From an uncultured Clostridia bacterium (GTDB lineage Bacteria > Bacillota > Clostridia > Oscillospirales > CAG-272): a stretch of DNA of 64,000 nt. The stretch covers positions 10,901 to 74,900 of the forward strand of contig CANRIL010000008.1 in NCBI GenBank assembly GCA_947630625.1. The letters run 5' to 3'. The translations under genes and the position numbers were made by a program. This document shows positions 36,436-46,107 of this stretch, piece after piece. Within the stretch, counting starts at the first letter, position 1. Each line of letters opens with the position of its first letter. The notes under the pieces were generated by a model. That model was given only the letters and a program-made list of their open reading frames with translations, was not told where the DNA came from and made no database searches.

Positions 36436-38463
36436 TTATTTATCAGCCAGAGACGCCGCTTTGCCGACGCGCCCGTCATAAATGCGCGTCAGGATCATAT
36501 CGGCAAAAAATACAGCCGCCGCCGTCAAAAGACCGATCAAAAGCCCGTTTAATACCCTGCCGTACTGTATCCTCACGTCCGTGAAAACGTGGCAGAACGT
36601 GTTCATCACTGACGCGGGCAGAATCGCCGCACCGACAGCCGAGATCCACGGGATGAGCTTCCCCCCGCGGCAAAAGTGACGCGCGAATAGCACGATGCAC
36701 GGATACGCTACGATAAATTCCTTCGTCCTCGGACGGGCGGCAATATTGTCCGTCATGAAATTTCTCATTGCAGCCTCGACCGCGCTTATAGAATTCACGT
36801 TCCCGCTGCGCCTGATGTATATGAAGCTGACGAGGGCGAGCGCGGCGGCGGCGACGCACCACCAAACGCTGACCTTTGCCGTCATCGCAGCTTTGATATC
36901 TCCGGGAAGCGCGCCTTTTTCGTGTACGAACATGACATAATATGATGCCGCCGCGAATATGAGCGGCGCATAAAGCGAGAGCTTGATGCCGCGAAAGATA
37001 TCGTTGTTCACATAATAGTCGAGCCCCGAGGTCAGCGACGCCATGACAAATCCTCCCGCCATGACGACGAAGAGCATGACGGCAGCCGTCCCCCCGGCGA
37101 CGGCGAGCGCGCCGAGATGCCTGCCGAACTGCTTTACGAACGAGAACGCAAGCGCGACAGCGAGACACGGCATGACGAGCGCAAGCGCCGTCGGATATAA
37201 AAGCACAAGCGAGCGCGGCATTATAAACGATGCCCCGAACGCGCACGCGGACACTGCCAAAGCCGCAGCCGTATACGGCGCGCCGCCAAGGCCGAACAGC
37301 GCCGCAAGCGCCGCGAACGCGCACAGCGCCGTGAACGATGCCGCGAGCGCCGGGACGTGCTTTCCCGTCTCGTATGAAAACGAAACCTCCCCCTCAGTCG
37401 AAAATCCGAGTTTTGAAAGGTGGTCAACAGTCTCCTCGACGACGCGCACCGTGTCGTCTGCAAGTTCCTCGCTCGACTTGCCGCCGAGCGCAAGCTGCGT
37501 CACGGTGACGAACCTTATATTTCGGTCGAGTATCGAGTTCATGTAATTCCTGAACCTGAACATGTAGCCGGTTTCATCCGCCTGAGAGTGGTCATACGTC
37601 TCATACGAGCGCATCACCCTCCCGTCGGCAGCGTCAAATATCTCGTCATACCCGATGGGGCGTACATTTGAGAGCTGGTCGTCATTCTCGGTGACGACGA
37701 GCGTCAACCCGCCCCTGACGAGCGACACGATACCCTCGACGTTTTTCTTCGCCGCCTCCGTGCCGTCCTTGCTGAAGCTGTCCTTTTTCAAATTGAGGTA
37801 TCTGACGTTATATTTTTCGATCAGCTCCGCCATTTTGTCGATATATCCGGTCGAACCGTGCGCACCGGCGCGCAGCACAAGCGCGATGTCGAGCCCGTGA
37901 GCGTGGATCAGCGAAAGCGCGTCCTCATCGTAACCGACCGGAATATCGTAAGTTTCAAGCCCCGGATCGAAAAACACATACACTGCCGCGTCCGCCGCGT
38001 GGCCTGCCTTGATATAATCGGCATTTGTATAATAGAGCGGCAGCCATTCGTCGAGCCGCGCCTCTATATTTTGGCGTTTGACTATAAAGACGTGTGAATT
38101 GTATTTAAGTCCGGAAACGCCTTCAAGCAGCGTCTCGACCTCGGCTCCCTCCGTATCGTAGCGATGGCGGACATCGTGATATCGGAGCCCCGTTATGTCC
38201 CCGCGCGAGACGAGGATATTCATAGCGTCCTCCGGGAGGGATACGACGGTGGCGCCCGCAGCCTTGAATTTGTCGAGGTATCCCGGCAGGCTCTCTTCGC
38301 TCTGCCGGTTTTTCAGGTCGGAATACAGCACAGATAATTTGACCGTCCTGTTTGCCGATTCATTTTTGACGCGTGTCAAAAATTGCGGGATCAGGCAGAG
38401 CGCAAGCGCAAAGGCAGTCGCGAGCAGCACCGCGCACGTAATAAATGAGCGTGATCTCTTCAT
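36436..38463 (-). CDS. large membrane protein commonly linked to csaB (DUF5693-like; tentative)
   Basis: 675 aa with an N-terminal TM, a roughly 330-aa extracytoplasmic domain and a polytopic C-terminal half. It has a 4-nt overlap with murJ. The family name is from memory and not verified. Confidence 0.5.
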   Translation of the reverse strand: MKRSRSFITCAVLLATAFALALCLIPQFLTRVKNESANRTVKLSVLYSDLKNRQSEESLPGYLDKFKAAGATVVSLPEDAMNILVSRGDITGLRYHDVRHRYDTEGAEVETLLEGVSGLKYNSHVFIVKRQNIEARLDEWLPLYYTNADYIKAGHAADAAVYVFFDPGLETYDIPVGYDEDALSLIHAHGLDIALVLRAGAHGSTGYIDKMAELIEKYNVRYLNLKKDSFSKDGTEAAKKNVEGIVSLVRGGLTLVVTENDDQLSNVRPIGYDEIFDAADGRVMRSYETYDHSQADETGYMFRFRNYMNSILDRNIRFVTVTQLALGGKSSEELADDTVRVVEETVDHLSKLGFSTEGEVSFSYETGKHVPALAASFTALCAFAALAALFGLGGAPYTAAALAVSACAFGASFIMPRSLVLLYPTALALVMPCLAVALAFSFVKQFGRHLGALAVAGGTAAVMLFVVMAGGFVMASLTSGLDYYVNNDIFRGIKLSLYAPLIFAAASYYVMFVHEKGALPGDIKAAMTAKVSVWWCVAAAALALVSFIYIRRSGNVNSISAVEAAMRNFMTDNIAARPRTKEFIVAYPCIVLFARHFCRGGKLIPWISAVGAAILPASVMNTFCHVFTDVRIQYGRVLNGLLIGLLTAAAVFFADMILTRIYDGRVGKAASLADK

Positions 38464-40007
38464 TTTTCCGCCTCCCCGACACCTGCATCAGCTTCCGTAT
38501 CCATGTTCCCTTCCCCTTCTCTCACATTTTTCATGTCCGATAAAAGCGATCTCAAAAGCCCGACCGCAAACAGCGCGCCAAGATAGACGGCACCGCACAC
38601 CGCGAGCGGCAGAATGAACGCCGCGCGGTCTGCGCAGACCCCCGGCATAAACGCGCGGAACAAAAAATACATCCCCAGCGCCAGCGCGCCCGCAAATAGA
38701 ATTCGCCCCGCGTCCGCCGCAAGCTTTTTTGTGAAAAATCCGCCGATGACGCGGCTAACCCTATATGTGATGAACGCCGCGTACAATGTAAGTATGACAG
38801 TCGTCGAGACGGCGACGCCGTAGATACCGAATTTTTCCGAAATAAGTCTGCCCGTCGCGAGCTTCACCGCGGTGACGGCGACGACGCTTGAAACCGTATA
38901 CACGTACCGCGACGAGAGATAAAGTATTTTTGAAAACAGTTCCTCCGCGATATAGCCGAACACGCTGAAGCTGTATATGACGAACATCACCGCCGTCATC
39001 GCGGCGGCTTCGCTGTCAAAGCTGCCGCGCTCCCAGATCAGCGAGATCACGTTTCTGCCGAAAACGGAGGCGACAAGCAGGTACGGCACGAATATCACGA
39101 GCATTATGGTTATGATCATGCGCACGAGCCGGCGCACGTAATCAAGCTTCCCCTCCTCAAAATTTTTCGAGATCGCGGGGAAAATAACGCTCGACATCGC
39201 GACGACGAAAACGCTCGAAACCGTTAAAAACAAGTTCGACGCGTAATTGACGGACGCGATCGCGCCCTCGCTGCCGCTGAATATCCGCCTGTCTATGATG
39301 AAGCAGAGCTGGAATACCATGTTTGATACAAAGATCGCCGCCGTCTCGCCGCCGCTCCCCGTCCGCCCGACACGCTCTGCGGCGCGCAGGAAGAACCTGT
39401 ATCCGTGCTTATAAAACGACGGGAGCTGAAATAGTATGTGTAGCCCCCATCCGACCGTCGTCGCTATGCTGACGCCGACGATGTCCGGCTCGCCGAAAAG
39501 CAGCCGCGCGATTATGAGGACGTTGAACGGCAGGCTGACTATCGACGGGATAAAGAATACGCGGCTGTTCTGTAGGATGCCGGAAATTATATATGCGACG
39601 ACGACGAAAAACAGCGATGGCAGCATAATATACGTTATCCTGACGGCGAGCGGAAAATAATCCTCTCTCAAGTCAGGCAGAAGCGCGCGCGTCAGCTGCG
39701 GCGCGAAGATATAGAGCACAGCCGTGGCGGCAATGACCCACAGCGACACGCGCCTGATGAAATGCGCCGCGTAAGCTCGCTGGCGTTCGGCGCCGCTGTT
39801 TTCGGGCTTATTCAGATTCTTTATAACGAGCGTCTGAAGCGCTGTTCCGATGCCGGTGAAAATCAGCGTCACGACGCCGAAAACGCCGAAATATACGTCG
39901 CTTTCAACGGACGTGCCGAACTTCGCGCCGAATATCACGTCCCGGACAAAGCCGAGCGCCTTCGCGAGCAGTATGCCGAGGGTGACGATGAAATACGTCA
40001 GGCTCAA
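38460..40007 (-). CDS. murJ: lipid II flippase MurJ (MviN family)
   Basis: LAKALGFVRDVIFGAKFGTSVESDVYF N-terminal signature. 515 aa, about 14 TM helices. Confidence 0.88.
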   Translation of the reverse strand: MSLTYFIVTLGILLAKALGFVRDVIFGAKFGTSVESDVYFGVFGVVTLIFTGIGTALQTLVIKNLNKPENSGAERQRAYAAHFIRRVSLWVIAATAVLYIFAPQLTRALLPDLREDYFPLAVRITYIMLPSLFFVVVAYIISGILQNSRVFFIPSIVSLPFNVLIIARLLFGEPDIVGVSIATTVGWGLHILFQLPSFYKHGYRFFLRAAERVGRTGSGGETAAIFVSNMVFQLCFIIDRRIFSGSEGAIASVNYASNLFLTVSSVFVVAMSSVIFPAISKNFEEGKLDYVRRLVRMIITIMLVIFVPYLLVASVFGRNVISLIWERGSFDSEAAAMTAVMFVIYSFSVFGYIAEELFSKILYLSSRYVYTVSSVVAVTAVKLATGRLISEKFGIYGVAVSTTVILTLYAAFITYRVSRVIGGFFTKKLAADAGRILFAGALALGMYFLFRAFMPGVCADRAAFILPLAVCGAVYLGALFAVGLLRSLLSDMKNVREGEGNMDTEADAGVGEAEK

Positions 40008-40543
40008 GTCCCGTGCCCTCCTTCTTTGCCGCCGCGTTTTGCTTCATCGCCCTTTTTGAAAACGAAGACGCGGCTGAACACGTAATTGCAGATCATGACG
40101 ACGACGGACGCCGCCGCCTTCGCGCCGAGGTCTGCAAGATTCAGCCCGTGAACGTCCGAGAGCGACGGCAGCAGCCACAAAAGCGCCACGGAGCCCGCGA
40201 GAGTTATCACATAATCGAGCCCAAGCGTCAGAAGTCTGCCCGCCGCGAACGAGACGAGCTGGCGGTATATGTTCGCGCTTCTGTCGCTGTCGGTGAACAC
40301 CCACGCCCGGTTGGTGAAAAACGCGAACAGCACGGCGCACAGCCAGGAGATGAGCTGAGCCGCCGTGTAAACGGCGATATATGCGCCGCCCGTCTCGTCC
40401 GGTTCGACGCCGAAAACGGCGCGCCCGGCAGCCATCACCGCGTAGTAGACGCCAAAGCTGACGACTGTCGTGAGTACGCCGAAAATTATATACATTATTA
40501 TCTCGCGCCGCAAGCCGCGCGCGCGGCTGTCCTGCTCTTTCAA
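40004..40543 (-). CDS. GtrA family membrane protein
   Basis: EIIMYIIFGVLTTVVSFGVYY...FFTNRAWVF, four TM helices, and a 4-nt overlap on both sides. Confidence 0.82.
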   Translation of the reverse strand: MKEQDSRARGLRREIIMYIIFGVLTTVVSFGVYYAVMAAGRAVFGVEPDETGGAYIAVYTAAQLISWLCAVLFAFFTNRAWVFTDSDRSANIYRQLVSFAAGRLLTLGLDYVITLAGSVALLWLLPSLSDVHGLNLADLGAKAAASVVVMICNYVFSRVFVFKKGDEAKRGGKEGGHGT

Positions 40544-41142
40544 TTTTCCATCTCCGATATGATCTTTCTGTATTCCTCAAGCGTCAGCAATACGTTTAAA
40601 GCCGACAAAAACGCGTTCGGCGTCATGCCCGGCGGAAGCCCGAGGCGCTCCGCGAGCGCGTCCCGCCTTGCCCCCGCCCCGTCGCTGCCGGAAAGCCCGT
40701 CAAGATAGAGGTCGCGTTTCTTTATCGGCTCGCCCCTGACGGTATCTTTTCCGCCCTCGACCGAGAACGGCAGGAGGATTTTATAAAGCGTATCGACATC
40801 AATGCCCTCGACGCCGAGCGTCCCCGCACGGGACGGCGCTTTTTTGCGCTTTTCCTTCCCTTTTATCTTGGGGATATAAAGCTGCGTCACCGCGTCCTTC
40901 GGCAAAGCCGAGGTGATATACCCGCGTATGACCGTGCCCGCCCCGTCGCTGTCCGTCAAAAGCAGTATTCCCGACGGAGCCGCAAGCCGCCTGATGAGCG
41001 CGAGCGTTTCCCGGCTGTTGAAAATGGCGAATCCCCCCGTCGTTATGACAGTGCCCGAAACAAAGCTGAGCAGCTTTTCTTTATCGTATCTGCCCTCGAC
41101 GATCACGGGTCTGTCGAGGTGCAGCGTCTTATATTCCTTCAT
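40540..41142 (-). CDS. rnmV: ribonuclease M5 (Toprim domain)
   Basis: VIVEGRYDKEKL...ILLLTDSDGAGTVIRGYI Toprim motifs. Start at ATG 41142. Confidence 0.82.
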   Translation of the reverse strand: MKEYKTLHLDRPVIVEGRYDKEKLLSFVSGTVITTGGFAIFNSRETLALIRRLAAPSGILLLTDSDGAGTVIRGYITSALPKDAVTQLYIPKIKGKEKRKKAPSRAGTLGVEGIDVDTLYKILLPFSVEGGKDTVRGEPIKKRDLYLDGLSGSDGAGARRDALAERLGLPPGMTPNAFLSALNVLLTLEEYRKIISEMEN

Positions 41143-41167
41143 GAAATTTGATCCCGCGTCAAAAAAT

Positions 41168-42223
41168 TCAGCTCCGCGCCCCGATCGAGCAGATGAGGCG
41201 TTCGAGCACGGAATACCCGCCACCCGACGATTTCAGGAGCCTGTCCGCCTCGGCGCACGCGAGCATGGCGCGCTCGATCTCCCCGCTGTCGCGGGACGAC
41301 GCCGCCCTCATATAAAGCTTCGCCTTGTATTCGTGCATGCCGAGCCGCGCCGCGACGGACGCGGGCGTGCCGCCGCCGGACGCGATCAGCTTCACGGAGA
41401 GTATATCTGCGATCACGCGGGCAATTCCCGAACTGATTATGATCGGCTCAGTCCTTCGCCTGCGCTCCTCTTCGAGCGCCGCGAGCGCGTCGTCACGTCT
41501 GCCGTCAAGGATCGCGTTTGAGAGTGAGAACGCGTCGTATTTGTCCGCCCGGCAGCAAACCGCCTCAACGTCCGCGGCTGTGACGCGGCTTTTCCCGCCG
41601 CCCTTGACATAAGCCGTCAGCTTGTCTATCTCGATCGAAAGAACGGTCATATCCGTGCCGGACACGGTCAGAAGCGCGTCCGCCGTGTCGTGCTCAGGCG
41701 TCAGTCCCGAATGCGTGAAGTGGCGCTCGATCCAGCGCCGGAGCTGAGCCGGCGTCGTCACCGGAAAATACACGACGCTGACGCCGTCAAGCGCCGTCAG
41801 CTTCTTATAGATCGCGGACGGGCGCTTCGGCGGAGTTCCGAGATCAAGCATTCCGGGCGAGATGCACCACAAAACAAGGTTGTCCTCGTATGCGGCGGCA
41901 GCGGTGAGCGCGCCGCAGAGCGCGTCCATGTCGGCGGCAGAAAGCGCGGACGGCGTTTCGACCGCGACCTCGATGAGCTTTTTGCCGAGGGCGCTCATCA
42001 TCGGCGGCGTCGCCGCGGAATCGATTATCGCCTCCGCGTCAGACGATGACGAATATGTCACGGTCATGTAATTGTACGATTCAAGCTCATCTTCAAGATA
42101 TGGCGCGCGGGCGCGGCGGCGGTAGTGGTTTATGAGATAACCCTCGTCTCCGCAGAAGATAAATACGCCGCCGCGCCCGGATTTTTCGATATTTTTATAT
42201 TCGGCCTCGGTAAGTAAAGACAT
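41168..42223 (-). CDS. holA: DNA polymerase III subunit delta
   Basis: About 350 aa, with VFIFCGDEGYL near the N-terminus and a helical C-domain. Start at ATG 42223, overlapping the upstream gene by 29 nt. Confidence 0.7.
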   Translation of the reverse strand: MSLLTEAEYKNIEKSGRGGVFIFCGDEGYLINHYRRRARAPYLEDELESYNYMTVTYSSSSDAEAIIDSAATPPMMSALGKKLIEVAVETPSALSAADMDALCGALTAAAAYEDNLVLWCISPGMLDLGTPPKRPSAIYKKLTALDGVSVVYFPVTTPAQLRRWIERHFTHSGLTPEHDTADALLTVSGTDMTVLSIEIDKLTAYVKGGGKSRVTAADVEAVCCRADKYDAFSLSNAILDGRRDDALAALEEERRRRTEPIIISSGIARVIADILSVKLIASGGGTPASVAARLGMHEYKAKLYMRAASSRDSGEIERAMLACAEADRLLKSSGGGYSVLERLICSIGARS

Positions 42224-42833
42224 TTTTGACCTCCGATTCCACGTCATCTATAACCGTGACCTTCACGGCAACTCGGTTGAACTGCACAGGCCCCGCCTGC
42301 GTTTCGACCATATATGTCATGTTTAGCTCGCCCCCGTCCGCCGTCAGCCTGTTGTCTACGCGCTTTGCCATCGTATAGATCAAAAACGGCGCCGCCCCGC
42401 TCGCGTTGTACGCGCACGTATGCCTGACGCCGCGCTCGATCACGAGCGTTGAGCAAACATACCCTCTGCGCGTTATGGTGACTATTCCGGGCGAGTCCAT
42501 GTCAAACGAGATCGATGTGACGGCAGATCCCATCCCCGTGACCTCTTTCGGCTCGCGGTACCTGACCTCGAGCATGTTGTCGTTTATGAACAGCTCTCCC
42601 TCTGTGTAGACTTCGGTCGCGTCGTCGTCCGATTCAAATATCTCGCGCATAAAATTCGTGAGCGCGTCCGCGTCCTTCGAGGTAAAGCTGTCGTCCCCGC
42701 CGCCGATCATGTCTCCGATTTCGCCCGCCTCGCCGATCATTTCCGCAAAATAGCAAAATGCCTCGCTCGCGTCGGGCTCTATCTCGTGGAACCGCGACTC
42801 GACGCGGACGCCGACCTTTTTTCTGTCTGTCAT
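42195..42833 (-). CDS. hypothetical protein (possibly DUF1934-like beta-barrel)
   Basis: 212 aa with an acidic N-terminal half. The C-terminal half has alternating beta-strand pattern (VTSISFDMDSPGIVTITRRGYVCSTLVIERG...NMTYMVE). Family assignment is weak. Confidence 0.35.
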   Translation of the reverse strand: MTDRKKVGVRVESRFHEIEPDASEAFCYFAEMIGEAGEIGDMIGGGDDSFTSKDADALTNFMREIFESDDDATEVYTEGELFINDNMLEVRYREPKEVTGMGSAVTSISFDMDSPGIVTITRRGYVCSTLVIERGVRHTCAYNASGAAPFLIYTMAKRVDNRLTADGGELNMTYMVETQAGPVQFNRVAVKVTVIDDVESEVKNVFTYRGRI

Positions 42834-43104
42834 ATTAACGACGGTCCTTCCCCGGCTGTCGCCGAATCATCGGATTTTCGTAATGCAAATAAGTCCCGGC
42901 GCGCAAAAAAATCATGCGCCGCCGTACTATTAAATATATCACAAAGCGCGTGTCCTTGTCAACGTATCAGCCCGTCGTCAGCGCGGCTTTTCGTTTTTTG
43001 TTTTCGCACGTGTCGGGATTTTTCGCAAGCCTCCGGCGTGTCAATTTTTTGGCATAACGCCCGGCTCGTGAATGAAACCGTCGCCTCCGCGGGAAAATAA
43101 GCGC

Positions 43105-43584
43105 ATGAAGTTCATGAAAAAAATATTATCACTCCTCTCCGTCCTTCTCACCGCGTGCGTCGTCTCGTGCGCCGTATCCGCAGCGAAAAACGACCGCGTC
43201 CCATCGCGGAATTACGGCACATATGCCGCCGCAGCCTGCAATTTTAAATTTGCTTCCTCGACCGGCGATGAGACGCTGAAGATGCTTTCATTTTATATCG
43301 GCGGCTTTGAGCCTGCCGGCGACTTATCTTCAATGACGGCGGTCGGCGCCGTTATCCTTAATAGATGCGCGGACAACAGATTTCCGGACACAGTCTCGGC
43401 AAACGGGGCCTCCCTCGGCATTCTGCCGACGATGTCTCCGAGCCCGATGGCAGAGTACGCCGCGATGCTCGCCCTCTCCGGCGTTGATCCAACGTCAGGC
43501 GCGCTCGCATTTTATAAAAAGGGCGAGCTCCCGCCCGGAAAAAGTGTCGTCTACTCAGCCTCAGGCATTGATTTTGTAAAGTGA
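43105..43584 (+). CDS. cell wall hydrolase, SleB-domain-like, secreted
   Basis: Signal peptide MKFMKKILSLLSVLLTACVVSCAVSA. The pattern AVGAVILNRCADNRFPDTV resembles the Hydrolase_2 (SleB) core. Confidence 0.6.
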   Translation: MKFMKKILSLLSVLLTACVVSCAVSAAKNDRVPSRNYGTYAAAACNFKFASSTGDETLKMLSFYIGGFEPAGDLSSMTAVGAVILNRCADNRFPDTVSANGASLGILPTMSPSPMAEYAAMLALSGVDPTSGALAFYKKGELPPGKSVVYSASGIDFVK

Positions 43585-43624
43585 AGCAAAAAACTCTTGA
43601 GATAAGACCGCCGACTAATAAAAT

Positions 43625-43664
43625 CGCTCCCCGACGCATAGCTTGCCGGGGAGCGTTTAATTTT
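43625..43664. terminator. rho-independent terminator between convergent genes
   Basis: CGCUCCCCG-13 nt-CGGGGAGCG followed by UUUAAUUUU. Confidence 0.7.
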
Positions 43665-43674
43665 CAATATGGAC

Positions 43675-44082
43675 TCAGGCTGCCGTCGTTCCCGAGGGCT
43701 CTGCTTCTGTGCCTTCAGGCGCTTCTGTACCTGTGCCTTCCGGTTCCTCTGTTCCGGTTTCTTCGGGTTCCGAAGTGCCCGTGCCCTCGGCGGCGTTCGT
43801 CGATGCGGAGTTGTTGTTCACAACATCGTTGAAGTTGACCTGATCCTGCATGACATACATAACAAGAACGATGATGACAAAGACGATCGCGATGATGACC
43901 GTGAGCTTTGACAGACGGCGGCTCATGGTCGAGCCCTTCTGCTTGCCGAAATACGTTTCGGCTCCGCCGGAAATCGCGCCGGAAAGCCCATGCTTCTTGC
44001 TGTCCTGCATAAGCACCGCAACAACAAGGAAAACTGCCGAAACCAAAAGAAGTATGCCGAGAACTATCTGTACCGTATTCAT
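43675..44082 (-). CDS. secG: preprotein translocase subunit SecG with extended acidic C-terminal tail
   Basis: MNTVQIVLGILLLVSAVFLVVAVLMQDSKKHGLSGAISGG...TVIIAIVFVIIVLVMYV is the SecG two-TM core. It is followed by a tail of about 58 aa rich in E/T/G/P. Confidence 0.85.
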   Translation of the reverse strand: MNTVQIVLGILLLVSAVFLVVAVLMQDSKKHGLSGAISGGAETYFGKQKGSTMSRRLSKLTVIIAIVFVIIVLVMYVMQDQVNFNDVVNNNSASTNAAEGTGTSEPEETGTEEPEGTGTEAPEGTEAEPSGTTAA

Positions 44083-44414
44083 TAAAATATATCCTCCCGA
44101 AAAAGCACAATTAAAGGAGCGCACCGTGCGCGCGCTATGATATTCTATCATGTCTTTTCAAAAAAATCAATAGCATTTTCAATTTTTTCGCGGATTTTTC
44201 CGGTCAGTTTCCGTTCTCATCCTTCGGGCGCTGTCTTATGCGCATGCCGCACATCGTTTAACGCGCGCGGATATCGCCGGGCGTGTCCGTTTTGATATTG
44301 AAAGGCAGCCATAAAAATATATAAAGCAGATATCGGGCGGGCAATAGCCGCGTGTCCGGAAGCATGCCCGCCCTCTCTCCTCAACGTTCGTCATTTTAAA
44401 ACCCGCCTGCGGCG

Positions 44415-45893
44415 TCAGGATGAGACGTTCTGACGGAATGACCTATAATTGTCCCTTTCATATAAATAAGTGAGCTCTCCGCTTTCGATATCGTAAAGCA
44501 CAAACATCACGAACGTCCCTTCCGACATCGAGGGGAGCCCAGACTGTTTCGGGTCTGTGACCGTCCCGTGCAGGAAAAGCGTGTCCTCATCCCACACCGT
44601 AATATAGTCGATCTCGAAGCCCTTGTCGGAGAAATCATCGACCACCTTCGTCTTGCCGGTCGACGCGTCCTTTGAAATAATGCGCATGTCCGCGTCGACT
44701 GTGTACTGCACATACCCGTCGTATGAAGCGCTGGGGCGGCTTGGTATTTTCCTGACTCCGATCATCTCGTCTTCTTCGGTGTCAAGCGCATAATACTTTT
44801 TGTCAAGATACGTTATCTCTTCTTTCTCGCTGACCATGCTTTCGGAACTGTTCATTTCCGCATATAAGCCGTCATCGAGCCCGTACCCGATATAAGCGAA
44901 GCATTCGTTCATTTTGAAACGATGCCAGATGTCTCCTTCCTTGTAGTCCTCGTCCGGGATCTTATAAACCGCGAACGCCTCAACATCCGAAAAGTCGGGG
45001 TTCGCCCTCTTCAACGTCCAGCTTCGTTCGTTCGTCATATAGCCGGGATAAAAGTACATTTTACCGTCGTATATCCCGACAAAAGTCAGCCCAGGCGCAT
45101 CTCCCTTACTCGGGACGTACGTTCCCGTGATCTCTCCTGAGTCGGTGTCTACCATATATAAAATACTTGTGCCCTCTTTGGGATCATCTTCGTTCGACGA
45201 CACGTAAAGCGTCCCGTTATAATATGCGAGTATCTGCGAAAATCTGTGTCCGCGCGCCACAAGCCTGCGCTCTCCCGTATCAATGTTGATCTCGAATATC
45301 GCGCATTCATTGTGGTCGATGCTGCTGAACGTGGCGACCGAAACGCCGTCGATCTTGCACAGCGCAAGCTGCGTCACGGTGTAAAGCACTGTCTTTTCCC
45401 CGTCCGATGAATCAAGCGTCTCGTTAAAGCCGATGCCGACCGCCGGACACTGAAAATCGCTGTGCGTGCAGTTCTCGTCGCGGCAGATAGGCACAAATCC
45501 CGCATCGGGGTTTAAAACGTCAAGGCACTGCATGACGTAATATGCGTCGTTGCCGACGCCGACCTTTTCAGCTTCGAACACGTACCGCTCCGAATGAAAG
45601 CTTTTTGCCGTGACGGGACCAGGATCGGAATAAAAAACGTCCGCCTTCGCGGAAAAATCGCTCGGCTTCTTCGCGAGTATCTCATCAAGTATAGCTTGTC
45701 TTCTCTTGTTTCCGTCTTCGTCCACGGTCGGTTCCGTTATGTCCGCGTCGTAAGCCGTCCATGCGACGACGCCGCCTATGTACGTTTCCCCCGGCCGCTG
45801 CTCGCCATCCTGTCTTTTCGGAAACAGCAAAAGCACGGTCACGATCACGCACAGAAGCGCCGCTGTCAAAATGATTATAACGGATCTTTTCAT
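44415..45893 (-). CDS. hypothetical N-terminally anchored extracytoplasmic protein
   Basis: Start at ATG 45893, with AAGGTGG 10 nt upstream. One TM helix (VIIILTAALLCVIVTVLLLF) is followed by about 460 aa rich in Y/D/G with beta-propeller-like periodicity. I recognise no family. Confidence 0.5.
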   Translation of the reverse strand: MKRSVIIILTAALLCVIVTVLLLFPKRQDGEQRPGETYIGGVVAWTAYDADITEPTVDEDGNKRRQAILDEILAKKPSDFSAKADVFYSDPGPVTAKSFHSERYVFEAEKVGVGNDAYYVMQCLDVLNPDAGFVPICRDENCTHSDFQCPAVGIGFNETLDSSDGEKTVLYTVTQLALCKIDGVSVATFSSIDHNECAIFEINIDTGERRLVARGHRFSQILAYYNGTLYVSSNEDDPKEGTSILYMVDTDSGEITGTYVPSKGDAPGLTFVGIYDGKMYFYPGYMTNERSWTLKRANPDFSDVEAFAVYKIPDEDYKEGDIWHRFKMNECFAYIGYGLDDGLYAEMNSSESMVSEKEEITYLDKKYYALDTEEDEMIGVRKIPSRPSASYDGYVQYTVDADMRIISKDASTGKTKVVDDFSDKGFEIDYITVWDEDTLFLHGTVTDPKQSGLPSMSEGTFVMFVLYDIESGELTYLYERDNYRSFRQNVSS

Positions 45894-46107
45894 ATATATC
45901 ATGCCACCTTTTAATTAAATGCCGGCACATCCCCGCAAAGGCTCGCAAAAGCGCTCCGCGTAAATGTTTATTTTAATATTATACCGTCTATATAATAGAT
46001 AGTCAACTTTTTTTCCCGCACCGCAACGCTTAGGGAGAAAAATTTTCGCGCCGCAGCACTCGAATGTGCCGCGGCGCGGTCTTGTTTATAGATAAAATAT
46101 TATCGCC

